64,000 bases of DNA from Hydrolagus colliei. Lineage: Eukaryota. Position numbers and translations under genes: made by a program. Positions 1 to 11,067 of the stretch are shown one piece after another. The notes beneath the pieces were generated by a model that was not told the origin of the DNA, made no database searches, and was given only the letters and a program-made list of their open reading frames with translations. Positions within the stretch are counted from its first letter, which is position 1; each line of letters starts with the position of its first letter. The stretch lies in assembly GCA_035084275.1 (NCBI GenBank), contig CM068769.1:558001-622000 (forward strand). Reading direction: 5' to 3'.

Positions 1-287
1 TCGCCTTACAAGCACTTTGCCTGCGTTTGATGCCTGCTAGAGCAACACGTTGGTCAAGTTTACTTACTCCACACACCGACCGAGGTTTACCGAGAGTAAG
101 TAGGATTACGGTTGATAATCGCTTAAAGAGCAGCTTTCCAGGGAAACAATCTCTCCCAGCATAGGGAACTCGATCCGCGTCTGTTTACAGGACAGTGCTG
201 TGCCGAACTGAATGCGTCGTTTCGCCAGCAAAACGAAAACTAAGTACATTTTACGTTGTACACTGTGAAGTGATTTATATCTAGCTA

Positions 288-352
288 GCTATATATATAC
301 ATATATATATATATATGTACATCTATATATATATAATCTATATATATATATA
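288..352. repeat. (AT)n microsatellite
   Basis: Long, slightly interrupted TA dinucleotide run. Confidence 0.9.
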
Positions 353-439
353 AACTATATGTATCTTACAAAATAGGTAGGAGGAGGTGCTCAGAGGAAC
401 TCCCTCAGTGTGTGTGTATGGGGTTAGATAATTCCTTTA

Positions 440-660
440 TTTGTGTTGATCTCGGTCCTCACATCAAAACACTCAAGAATCTCGCACCATCCTACATTCG
501 TGACTTCCTATCCCTCCCATCTCTTTACCAACCTGCCCGCCCCCTTCGTTCGGCTGGATCTGACCTGCTCTACGTCCCCCGATCGACCCTCCCAACCAAT
601 CGCGGGCGAACCTTCAACCACTCTGCCCCCAACATCTGGAAATCCATCCCGAATTCATTC
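440..660 (+). mobile_element. L2 LINE 3' fragment
   Basis: Translates LAPSYIRDFLSL...PARPLRSAGSDLLYVPRS, similar to the C-terminal end of the L2 copy at 14.3-18.2 kb. Boundaries approximate. Confidence 0.65.
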
Positions 661-772
661 CGCCACAGTTTGTACTGAGAAGTGAATTGACTGTATGCGC
701 TACTGTATAAACGTGGCAAGCCACTTCCTCTATTTTGCAACCCTAGTACTCTAACCATTGGACTGCAGTCAC

Positions 773-1593
773 CTGGGCAGACACATGGCAGATGAAGTTT
801 AATGCAGAGAAGAGTGAGGTGATGCATTTTGGGAGAAGAAATGAAGGGAGGCAATATAGGCTAGATAGTACAATTTTAAATGATGTGAAGGAACAGAGAT
901 ACCTGGGGATATGTGTTAGTGACTCGTTGAAGGTGGCAGGACAGGTAGACAAGGCTGTTAAGAAGGTATATGCGATACTAGGCTTTATAAATAGGGGTAT
1001 AGAGTACAAAAGTCAGGAAGTGCTGACTAACCTCTATAAGACTTTGGTGAGGCCTCAGCTGAAATACTGTGTTCAATTCTGGTCACCACACTACAGAAAG
1101 GATGTGAAGGCATTGGAAAGGGTACAACGAAGATGTACTAGGATGGTGCCAGGTTTGAGGGACTTCAGCTATGAGGAGAGGCTAGATAGGCTATGGTTGT
1201 TCTCTCTGGGGCAGAGAAGACTGAGGGGAGACCTAATAGAGGTTTATAAGATCATGAGGGGTTACGACAGGGCAAATAGAGAAAAACTATTTCCACTCGT
1301 GGGCGAATCTGTGACTCGTGGTGACATATTTAAAATAGTTTCAAGGCGAAGTAGAGGGGTGCTGAGGAGAAATCGTTTCACTCAGCGAGTTGTTCGAATC
1401 TGGAATGCATTGCCTGAAAAGGTGGTGGAGGCTGATTCGATAACAACTTTTAAAAGGGAATTAGATCTTTATTTAGGGAGAACATGTCTATTAGGCTATG
1501 GGGAGCGGGCAGGGCAGTGGGATTGAATCGCTCTTTTCAAAGAGCCGGCACAGACTAGATGGGCCGAATGGCCTCCTTTTGTGCCGTAAAATT
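773..1593 (+). mobile_element. CR1 LINE, 5'-truncated (RT C-terminus and 3' UTR)
   Basis: ORF 792-1526 (WQMKFNAEK, YCVQFWSPHY, RRLRGDLIEVYKI) is typical CR1 ORF2. Highly similar to the copy at 57470-58225. Confidence 0.92.
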
Positions 1594-1652
1594 CCTGTAC
1601 AAAAACCTTAGCATGTTTTTGTACAGGTCCTTCGTAAACACACATCACTGTG

Positions 1653-2096
1653 CTCTCCGCACAGAAGTAAGTGGCGGAGTCAGACACTCGCACGTCTTGG
1701 ATCGATAACGTGCTGTTTTTTCCAACAGTCAAAGCATTTATCCTCTCCTTCTGCTTCATCTCTCTCGATCCCAACACCAAGTAAGTGATGGAGCCGTTTC
1801 CATGCTGTTTGTACCATTGAAACCCTGGGCTGGACACTGTGGTGCTGCACTCCATAATTACATTCCGATTTTCATTCTCTGTCACAGCCTGAGGTCTCTG
1901 TGACACTTCACTTTCAGCCAAGACACCTGGGAACATAGAATATTCTTGGATAGTATTTCATAAAGTGTCTGCAATAGAATTTATAATTATGTACCAGGAA
2001 AACCAGGATGCGTGTGTCCATTCTGATACTCTACTTACACAAGATTGTGGCAAGTAAATAAAAAATTATATATGGTGCATTAAAATCCTGCTTCAT
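1653..2096 (-). CDS. TCR alpha/delta V segment V1 (family B), apparently functional
   Basis: Leader 2096-2039 (MKQDFNAPYIIFYLLATIL, 58 nt, phase 1, GTAAGT donor). V exon 1926-1653 (VLAESEVSQRP...MEC...FQWYKQ...DSATYFCAES). RSS CACAGTG (1652-1646)/23 bp/ACAAAAACA (1622-1614). Confidence 0.92.
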
Positions 2097-2657
2097 TCTC
2101 AAGTCTTTTCTATTCGCGTCAAAATGTCTTATTGATGTACAGTGGGAAATCAGCTACAGGCTGATAAATGGTTGCAAATTTTTGTGGAACGCAGTTAGCC
2201 ATGCAGATTATAAGTAGATTCTCAGTGACACCTTCACACACTTCTCACTTCCTGTATGTTTGCTTCTGCAGAATTCATTCGCCAATTGGCTAGCCACTTG
2301 CTGCTGGTTAGCGGAGGTTTGCATGTGTGTGAAGTTAGCAAACGTGACTAATGTTTCTCCCACCCTAATTGGTTCCCAATCAGGCGAGATTTTGGGCAAA
2401 TATACTTACTCCATACACATACACCTCATTTTAGTTTAGAATAAGGAGGAAAACGCAGCTTAGTCCATTGGTGGTTTACTTTGCTGGGGATAATATTCCC
2501 CATCTCCAAAATGTTCTACATCAAAGGCAAGCAACACTAAAATAATCATTAATATTGATAGTATAATTACTACCATTATTATTAATATCGCTGTCCAGTC
2601 ATCTATGTAATTATTTGTACGCCTTGAAGCATGTGAACAATATAATTCTTCTGCACC

Positions 2658-3223
2658 TGTGAAACTAAAAAATCGTCTCAGTACCTTGGTTGGGGTTTCT
2701 GTTCACAAATATGTGACTCGGGTGTGTGATTCAAACAAGTTTATTTAGCATTCATGAAGCGGTGCACTAGGTTGCTACAGACTCTCGTCCGTCTACTACT
2801 AGTGCGCACTTAGAACAACCTTTACATGGGTAGTTATACACTTTTAGTTACATGACTCATGCTGGGTTACAAACAACATGGTCTTGCAGCTGTATTACAA
2901 AAACATCGTGGCCTTGGAATAGGCCGGCTACAGCTTTCAATAATAAGATAGCCTAGAAGCAAGATAAGATAACCAAGCCTAGAGCTTTACAATTATATCA
3001 TAGCCTTGGTATGCCTGCCAGACACCCTTATGGCCCCTGTTATTCGCATCTTTCTGTAACAGGCTCACGGGTGTCGGCTAGAGGTTAAATCAAAGCGTAC
3101 GTACAGGTTTGCAAGTAACTATTATGCGTAACGTATGTACAGGTTTGCAAGCAACTATTATGCGTAACGTAGCAGACGAGCAAATAACCACTATTCGTAC
3201 ATGGCAGACGAGCTGACTTCTCA
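2658..3223 (-). repeat. ERV 3' LTR
   Basis: Matches 8651-9216 except T3136 vs C9129. AATAAA on minus at 2745-2740. Two 36-bp tandem repeats in U3. Confidence 0.96.
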
Positions 3224-3236
3224 TTCCTTCCTTTTT
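3224..3236 (-). promoter_or_regulatory. Polypurine tract
   Basis: AAAAAGGAAGGAA immediately before the 3' LTR on the minus strand. Confidence 0.85.
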
Positions 3237-3255
3237 GTCATTCCATGACAACCTG

Positions 3256-4714
3256 CTACTCGAATGCTGAGAAATCATCGTCAGGAGCCATGTACAACAT
3301 TGCTGCCGGGGCATCCCAGCCTGTCATCATAGATAGTATAAGTTTTTTGAATAAGGGTATACAACAACATAATACAACTACCAGGATTATAACAATTATG
3401 ATAATAAATGTCAAAATTTTAGTCATCCAACCGCTAATCGACCAATCGGTCAACCAACCCCATATACCAGGGCTTACGTTAGTCCGATGCAATTCTCTGA
3501 CTTGTTGTCGGATGTGTTGTACAATATTAGTAATATTCTCAGAAGCATCCGGAATATAGGTGCAACATTCAGAGCCAATCAAGGCACAAGTGCCTCCCTT
3601 TTCAGCAAGCAATATATCCAGAGCCATCCGGTTTTGGAGGGTTACAGTGCGAATAGCCACCATTTCAGCGGATATGTCTTGTAAGGCATCCGCGGTTTCA
3701 TTCGCAACAGCCTCCAAAACCGTTTGTAAAGCCCCCAATGCTTGATTAGTACGGAGCAGACCATATGGTGGCACGAACATACCAAAAATCTGTTCATACC
3801 ATCCTACAGCTCTACGTTTGACATGATTTGTGATGTGCGGGTGTTCCGAAAGTTTTGTAATATGTAGGTGTGGGACAACGTATCCGAGGTAGCATGTACC
3901 GCTCCAGTTGGTTGGTAACCATGGGTATGCCAATGTCCCACACACCCAGTATGTCCTATTAGGGCTTTATAGAGGACCCGTGGTGTTCAGAAACATCCAA
4001 CAACTGGAACCAAAGTTATCTGCCCCTTCACTCCAACCAGCACTGAAGTCTACTGACAAGGTGATCGTAGTGTTACATATACTTTCCCCCATCCGGGTCC
4101 CATTACCGGATCTTTGGAGACACCATTGCCCATGCGAGAGTGACACGTGTATGAAGGGGGGGGTCGTTCTTAAAGTTATACTGGCGCGTATACCAATCCC
4201 GAGTTTCCCTTAACATAACGAGACATGCGGTATCATTATTCCCTGAGACGCTAATCATATTGAAACCCGACGTTCTTAGAGCCTGCATTTTACTAAAAGG
4301 GACTATCAACGTGGAAAAAACCCCTCCCGCACTGTGTGGAAGGGCCGCACACACCCAACAGCTTGATCCTCCCAGCGTCACCGTTGTTTTGTACGCAGTG
4401 AGGAGAAAAGTATTTGCTACCATGGAGCATTCTACTTCTGTGTCCAGCATCATCCCCAATATCATCAGAATCCCTGTCCATTTTGCAAGGCTGAAATGTG
4501 GATATCGTAGGCCCTGCCCAAGCAGTCTCTGTTTTTCTGATCGTGTCGGCCCACTTCGTCTCCCGAAGGCATCGAACGTCTTCCACCAGAGTGACAGGTA
4601 GTTCTTCATCGCCGACGTCCACAACGTCTTCGAGCTTCTTTCCACGACTTCTTCGAGCCTGTAGGAACAAAATTGTGCACTAGGACGGGACAATGGTGAA
4701 GGCAGTAGCATCAT
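3256..4714 (-). pseudogene. env: ERV envelope (SU-TM), disrupted
   Basis: SU has CWVC (CXXC). TM has furin site VKRR, ISD LQNRMALDILLAEKGGTC, CX6CC (CALIGSECC) and a membrane anchor. One frameshift lies in the 4106-4209 overlap (probably the C8 run at 4156-4163), and one in-frame TAA is at 3969-3967. Confidence 0.93.
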
Positions 4715-4726
4715 GTTGTTTACACT

Positions 4727-6343
4727 TCATGATTGTTTACACTCAAGTCGTTTACAATCATGTATGTGAACCCAATGATCTCTCCCCTCTAATTTAACCG
4801 CAGTTGGAGTTGAGAGGAGAACTTGGAAGGGACCTATCCACCGGGGGTCCAGGCATTTCCTGACCCAATTGCGAATCATAACATAATCACCGGGGTGTAA
4901 AGGAGGATCAGGTAAACTAATATTGTTAGAGGGACTGGAAACTGTTGTTTGATTAATACGGAGAATGGTAGAAAGAGTTTTGATATACTCCACCATGTCA
5001 GCAGACATATGAGTAAGCGAAGAGGAAGCCGAAGCCGACCAAGGGCCTATTAAAGAGCGCCCATAAATAATTTCTGCTGGAGATAACCGGGCAGTTCCAG
5101 TGGGGGCCGAGTGAATCTGAAACAATACAAGAGGCAAAAAGCGGACCCATGAAGAGCCATGCCCCCTTGTAAGTTTAGCCAGTTTTGTCTTAATCGTCTG
5201 ATTGACTCGTTCCACTACGCCCGCCGCTTTGGGATGATAAACACAATGAAACGACTGTTTAATGTCTAAATGGGAACAGAGAGAGCGGTTAACAGAGGCA
5301 ATAAAGTGAGGGCCGTTGTCGGAAACTAAACGACCAGGCACCCCAAAACGAGGAATTATTACCCGTAACAACAATCGCACAACCGTCTCAGCAGTATTGT
5401 TTACCGTTGGAAATGCTTCAACCCAACGGGAAAATACATCAATGATAACCAATACATAGTTGAAATTCTGACATTTAGGTAACTGAATAAAATCCATCTG
5501 AAGCACCTCAAATGGAAGTTGAGGTACAGGGGTATCACCGGTGACCACTGGGAACCCTTTCCCATGATTGTGCTCAGAGCACAACAGGCACCGGAGGACA
5601 GCTTTCTCAGACAGCTGCATCATGCGTGGGTGCCACCAGGTCTGAAGGAGCCACTCAGAGAGCTGTTTACCCCCCGAATGAGTCTGTTGGTGACCGCAGG
5701 CGACTACCCATCCTGCCAGCTCATCAGTCATGCAGGTCTGACCGACAGGGGTCAACCAGACCCCTTCCTCGGATAGGGCACAGCCTTCTTCAACCCATGA
5801 CTGACGAGTTGCCACCGGAGCGTCCTCCTGGAGTAACACAATATCATAAACAGAGGGCATGTTAGTACGTTGTTTGGGAATAATGGGAACCACAGTTTTA
5901 ACTGGATAGGTACCAAGTGGGGCCTCAGCCACTAGTTTGGCACATCTATCCGCATGTCCATTTCCAAGTGAGACCGGATCCTGGGCCAACGTGTGGGCAG
6001 AACATTTCACAACCGCTAACTGAGCAGGTTGCAGAGCAGATTGTAGGAGGTTGACAACTTCAGTACCGTTAGAAATGGGATGACCCGATGAAGTTAAAAA
6101 TCCACGGTTTTCCCACAACCTCCCAAAATCATGAACCACGCCAAAGGCGTAGCGAGAGTCAGTATATATGGTAACCGGTTTTCCCACAGCGTGTTTACAA
6201 GCCTCCGCAAGGGCAATTAGTTCACAGGCTTGGGCAGATTTAGGAGGAACCAGTTTCTTCATACAAACTGGGGTTCCATCCTGTAAGGAGCTGGAGCGAA
6301 AAGTATAAGTTATCCCAGAAGAAGTGGCTGCATGAAATGCCAT
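4727..6343 (-). CDS. pol: Truncated pol: degenerate RNase H plus intact integrase (538 aa)
   Basis: SAQACEL and IYTDSRYAFG RNase H motifs, with the first motif changed to YTFRS instead of TDGS. Integrase has HHCC (HQQTH...CLLC), DDE (MDF / SDNG / VERVN) and C-terminal GPFQV. No RT or protease motif found in the provirus. Confidence 0.92.
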   Translation of the reverse strand: MAFHAATSSGITYTFRSSSLQDGTPVCMKKLVPPKSAQACELIALAEACKHAVGKPVTIYTDSRYAFGVVHDFGRLWENRGFLTSSGHPISNGTEVVNLLQSALQPAQLAVVKCSAHTLAQDPVSLGNGHADRCAKLVAEAPLGTYPVKTVVPIIPKQRTNMPSVYDIVLLQEDAPVATRQSWVEEGCALSEEGVWLTPVGQTCMTDELAGWVVACGHQQTHSGGKQLSEWLLQTWWHPRMMQLSEKAVLRCLLCSEHNHGKGFPVVTGDTPVPQLPFEVLQMDFIQLPKCQNFNYVLVIIDVFSRWVEAFPTVNNTAETVVRLLLRVIIPRFGVPGRLVSDNGPHFIASVNRSLCSHLDIKQSFHCVYHPKAAGVVERVNQTIKTKLAKLTRGHGSSWVRFLPLVLFQIHSAPTGTARLSPAEIIYGRSLIGPWSASASSSLTHMSADMVEYIKTLSTILRINQTTVSSPSNNISLPDPPLHPGDYVMIRNWVRKCLDPRWIGPFQVLLSTPTAVKLEGRDHWVHIHDCKRLECKQS

Positions 6344-7749
6344 TCTTGTCAGTATCTGTGAGAACTAAATTACAAGGTGAAATCTCATGTTTCTTTAAAC
6401 ATTTTCAGTTGTTAACATGACATTATCATTACCTACAGAAACACTTTCAGCTGATGTGGAAACCAAAGGGTTACGTAAAGTCATTTTGTCCACATAAACC
6501 AGAGTGCCTGCAGTCAGTGAATTTAAACTGCCCACAGTCAATGGCTGCAGGAAATTCTAACTGCTGCAAGTTAACTGCCACAAGCTAATTTATCCATATT
6601 TAATTTCTACAAACATTTTAAGTAAATGCTAGAATACACAAAATAACGTTTACTCTACTTTATCGCTTCGTTCTTGCGTCAAATATTCCAAATTATTGGT
6701 TGTATTTTTACTTTGCTATTACTCAGTACATATGGAACGTGGGTAGTGTCTGGCTTATACTCTGCGTCCAGAGAAAAGTCAGGCCTATCACGGTCCGGTA
6801 CTTTTTAAAGAATCGAAACCTATGGAACATGGATGAAATCTGGCCATACTCTGCGTCCAGAGCAAAGTCAGACCCACCAATGTCCTCTTTAAATGCATAC
6901 ACTACATAAACCATACAACAAAAGCTTCTCTTCAATTTGCTTTCTTTTTTTTTAATTACTGCTCATTCAAGCTAAACCATATACAGGTACAAACATTTTT
7001 TTTTACACATCTTTTACACAAAAAAAAGGTAACACATTGAGCTCAAGTTTTCTTAAGGACCGTACAGTCACAACTTCCTTCGGGGAAAACTTTCAATTAG
7101 GAGTATTGTGACTGTTCGGATTGCTCTTTTTAAAGAATAGTTAGGGAGGCACAAGTCTATCAATAATATGCAGAGTGGCCTCAAACTCATGCTGTGACTT
7201 TTGGCCTTCCCCAAATACTCATTCAAAGGGTCGCAACATACCCCATAGAGACCGTAAATTCAGGTAGCAATTGCTTAAAATTTGTTTTTTTTTCACCTGA
7301 CATTTTGTCATCACACTTTCTTTTTAATCAGAACAAGTGGTGTTATTGGAACATCAAATCCAAATTGTTTTCATTTCAATTTTATGTGTTTTTACGTATT
7401 AAAAAAACGTATTCTCAGTCAGGTTAATTTAAAAAATATGCCTGACTTGTTGGAATTTTCGAACGTAAGTCTCTACATTTAATTTTTTTAATCAATTTTT
7501 TTTTAATCAATATACATTTGGTTTTCGACTGTCTGGTCTTTGACTTTCATTTATCTGTTGTAGCATAACATAGTTAAATATATAAAACAATTGTATTAAT
7601 TACCCATACTTTTTAAATTCTTATACTTTAATAATAAAAAAAATTACAACCTTTTGCTTTAAACAAAAATCACAACCTTATGCTTTAAACTAAAAATTAT
7701 TATACTTTAAATCTTATTCCTTACAACCTTAAACTTTAATTCTTATACT

Positions 7750-8210
7750 TTAAATCTTATTCCTTACAACCTTAAACTTTAATGTTCTTATTCTACTTTT
7801 AAATAAACAATTGGGACCATCCTCAGGGGAGGGAACGGGTACAGGTTTCTGGCGCATTTTCACTCGCGTCCGAAACCGAGTGTTTTCGGCCGGTCCCCCT
7901 GAAAACCTAGTTGCCTCCTCTCTCTCTCTCTTTCTACATACTTCTTCCTTCAACCTGTCCAGTGGTTTATACACTCCATCGCGGGTCACACATATACCGT
8001 GTCTTTCAGCAGTGTTTTGCCAACTGGATAACGTTTCTTTTGCCTGTTTTCTCATAGCTTCCTCTAACCATACTCTCACCAGTTTTCTACATGGCTTATA
8101 TTTATCTTTCTTCCATACCAACTCTTGCACCTTCTTTAGTACTGTCACATCATTTGAGCCTCCCAGAGGCCATACTGTCTCTCCCAATTGTTTATTTAAC
8201 ATTACCCATA
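7750..8210 (-). pseudogene. gag: gag matrix remnant
   Basis: ATGGGTAAT (MGN) at 8210 is out of frame with ORF 8202-7750, which contains VWPLGGS, resembling the gamma-type MA WPxxG motif. No capsid or nucleocapsid follows. Confidence 0.6.
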
Positions 8211-8630
8211 CTTTTTTAATTAACCTTAAACTTTAAACTAAATTAACCTTAAACTTTAAACTAAACCTCGTGCACTTTGGAACCTGCTGCACCCAGCTTG
8301 TACGCCTTTTTTATTCCGTCGACGGTCCTTACCCAGTAAGATTTGAACCTGCTGCACCCAGCTTGTACGCCTTTTTTATCCCGTTAACGGTCCTTACCTT
8401 AGTAAGTTTTTAACTGAATACACACCCACCAACCTTTTCTTATCCCGATCTCATTAACGACTATCAGTTACGCATACGGTTGGTGCATCCCCGGAAGCCT
8501 ATTACGTAGGTGAAAAACACTGAGAGTATTCAAAAATAGATGATATACTCACTGGGCTGCGCAATTTCACTTAGGCAAAAAAAACTCAGGGATTGTCCCG
8601 CCGTCTACGCACTGTCTTAGTCGTCACGAG

Positions 8631-8648
8631 ATCCCATCCTCGTCGCCA
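8631..8648 (-). promoter_or_regulatory. Primer binding site complementary to tRNA-Ser(GCT) 3' end
   Basis: TGGCGACGAGGATGGGAT, 2 nt after the 5' LTR. It is the reverse complement of ATCCCATCCTCGTCGCCA, the vertebrate tRNA-Ser(GCU) 3' end as recalled from knowledge. Confidence 0.88.
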
Positions 8649-8650
8649 AA

Positions 8651-9216
8651 TGTGAAACTAAAAAATCGTCTCAGTACCTTGGTTGGGGTTTCTGTTCACA
8701 AATATGTGACTCGGGTGTGTGATTCAAACAAGTTTATTTAGCATTCATGAAGCGGTGCACTAGGTTGCTACAGACTCTCGTCCGTCTACTACTAGTGCGC
8801 ACTTAGAACAACCTTTACATGGGTAGTTATACACTTTTAGTTACATGACTCATGCTGGGTTACAAACAACATGGTCTTGCAGCTGTATTACAAAAACATC
8901 GTGGCCTTGGAATAGGCCGGCTACAGCTTTCAATAATAAGATAGCCTAGAAGCAAGATAAGATAACCAAGCCTAGAGCTTTACAATTATATCATAGCCTT
9001 GGTATGCCTGCCAGACACCCTTATGGCCCCTGTTATTCGCATCTTTCTGTAACAGGCTCACGGGTGTCGGCTAGAGGTTAAATCAAAGCGTACGTACAGG
9101 TTTGCAAGTAACTATTATGCGTAACGTACGTACAGGTTTGCAAGCAACTATTATGCGTAACGTAGCAGACGAGCAAATAACCACTATTCGTACATGGCAG
9201 ACGAGCTGACTTCTCA
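8651..9216 (-). repeat. ERV 5' LTR
   Basis: 565/566 identical to 2658-3223 by manual comparison. Followed by the PBS on the minus strand. Confidence 0.96.
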
Positions 9217-10079
9217 CACCTAAGTTTAATTAATTGTTGTCAGTTTTATCGTGTTGCCAATCTACACTGAAACAATCTACCTTACTGTAGTTACCAAAAT
9301 CTAATGCAATTGTTAACAAAGTGAGATCCGCTAGAATGCGGATGCTTATGTTGGAGAAAGACAACAACATGAATATATGACATCCCCATTACCTTTTCGA
9401 GCAACCTAAGCCTTGCGATTGTCATGGTTACGATTTAGACAAACCTTTGAACATTTCAGCAGAAGCAGCAATAATACGTAGGAGTTAACCAATGTGGACT
9501 GTAATAGGAAGCACCTGTTATAGCTGTCAAGGTAGATTGACACAGAATGGAACGTGGCAAGCTATGTCAATTGCAGATGGTGTTATATGTGTGGTTTGTC
9601 TGCCATCTGCTGGCGGACTGTAGCTACTGCAAGAGCATAATTTAAAAGCAAGAGTTTTTTTGGGGGCCCTACATAAAGTTCCTGGTCCTATTGTCTCCAA
9701 TGGAAATTGATAGCTTGGTTCCATTTACTTGCTTTTTCCTCGTATTGTCTGTGCTTTAATGGGACACTCGAATTCATTCTCATTCACAGTCTCTTACTAT
9801 GACATATCCCTGATAATTGTTTCTCCACTTTAATTCTATTCCTTGCTCTGATCCTGTAAACGTTGATTATATTCTGCTTCACCTTGAGCTGGCATTCACC
9901 GTTTACATGACAGCAGCACAATAGTTACATGTGTTGGCACTATTCATTTGGCGATGATGTCACAATGCAGTGTATTTACTACTACATCAACACAAGAATC
10001 ACATTTGGGACGTCCTCCCGACGTGACAGGCGCTATGTAAGTACAATGTTGTTGCTGTTGTTCACGTCGGATGGACGTC

Positions 10080-10520
10080 CGAAGCCGCTAACCAGTCAGC
10101 TCGGGAACTGAGCAATGAAGAGGGCAGGGTAGTGGGGAGGGTCGTGAGGGAGGTGACAGTGGAGGGCGAGTGTTAGCAGCGAATGGACAGAGTGAGCAGG
10201 GCAGGAGAAGGCACGGTCGAAGTGTAGCGTCTTGAGACCGACATTGAAGGAGGCTATGGAGGCAGGCAGGTAGTCAGTCGAAGGGACTGTGGGAAGGAGA
10301 TCCAGAGAGCAGCGAATTAAAATCCTTCCAACGATAATAGGGCGGGTCAGGCGGGGGACAAGGAGCAGATCGGATCCCGCTGAACGGAGGGGGAGTGGAG
10401 ATTAATGGTACGACAGCAGATCGGAGAGCTGGTGGTTGGTAGGGGTGGCGAGGGGTTGGATCACGGGGCTGGCAAGGCCGTGCATGGCCTTAAAGGTGTG
10501 GAGGAGGATTTTGAATTGGA
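10080..10520 (-). mobile_element. L2 LINE 3' fragment
   Basis: Reverse complement resembles the L2 RT C-terminus (FKILLHTFKAMHGLAS...). Boundaries approximate. Confidence 0.65.
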
Positions 10521-11067
10521 AAACTGCATGAGAATTGACAAACAATCTGCAGTTTTATTTTTGTCACATAAATAATAAACTTTGTCCTCAATTCCTATTG
10601 CGTCATGGACCAACACAATCATGTCTTCAGTCTCTGTTTTTTTTCGAACCATTGATTGAACCTGTTGTATCTGCACATCCAGAACTGGTGTCACCTCTAA
10701 GCCACAGATGTCAAGCAGAGCATTGTTCATCGAACAGCCCAACAAACCAGGACCTTTGAATTTATGTCAGTGACAATAATATGATTATGTTTTATACACA
10801 AATTAATACTAGCGTTTGACTAAGCACCATATCACATATTTTACAGTAATTTGTACCAATGGAAAACGAATGTACAAATCAACTCACAAACAGGTTTGAA
10901 TTTAATACTGGGTAAACGGTGAAGATTAAGAAAACTTCAACACAGATTCGTTCTGCATGGAATTGAACCCAGGTTCCTCGCTGGCGATATGAGTGCTCTA
11001 CAAACTGAGCTATATAACTACACTTGGCAGTTGTTGTAGGGCGGAAGCGCTGATCTGTGTCTCTGTA

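Larger units (their letters stand above)
2658..9216 (-). mobile_element. Class I (gamma/epsilon-like) endogenous retrovirus, internally deleted provirus
   Basis: Two 566-bp TG...CA LTRs, 4-bp TSD CACC (2654-2657; 9217-9220), PBS, PPT, gag remnant, RNaseH-integrase ORF and gamma-type env. Confidence 0.96.
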
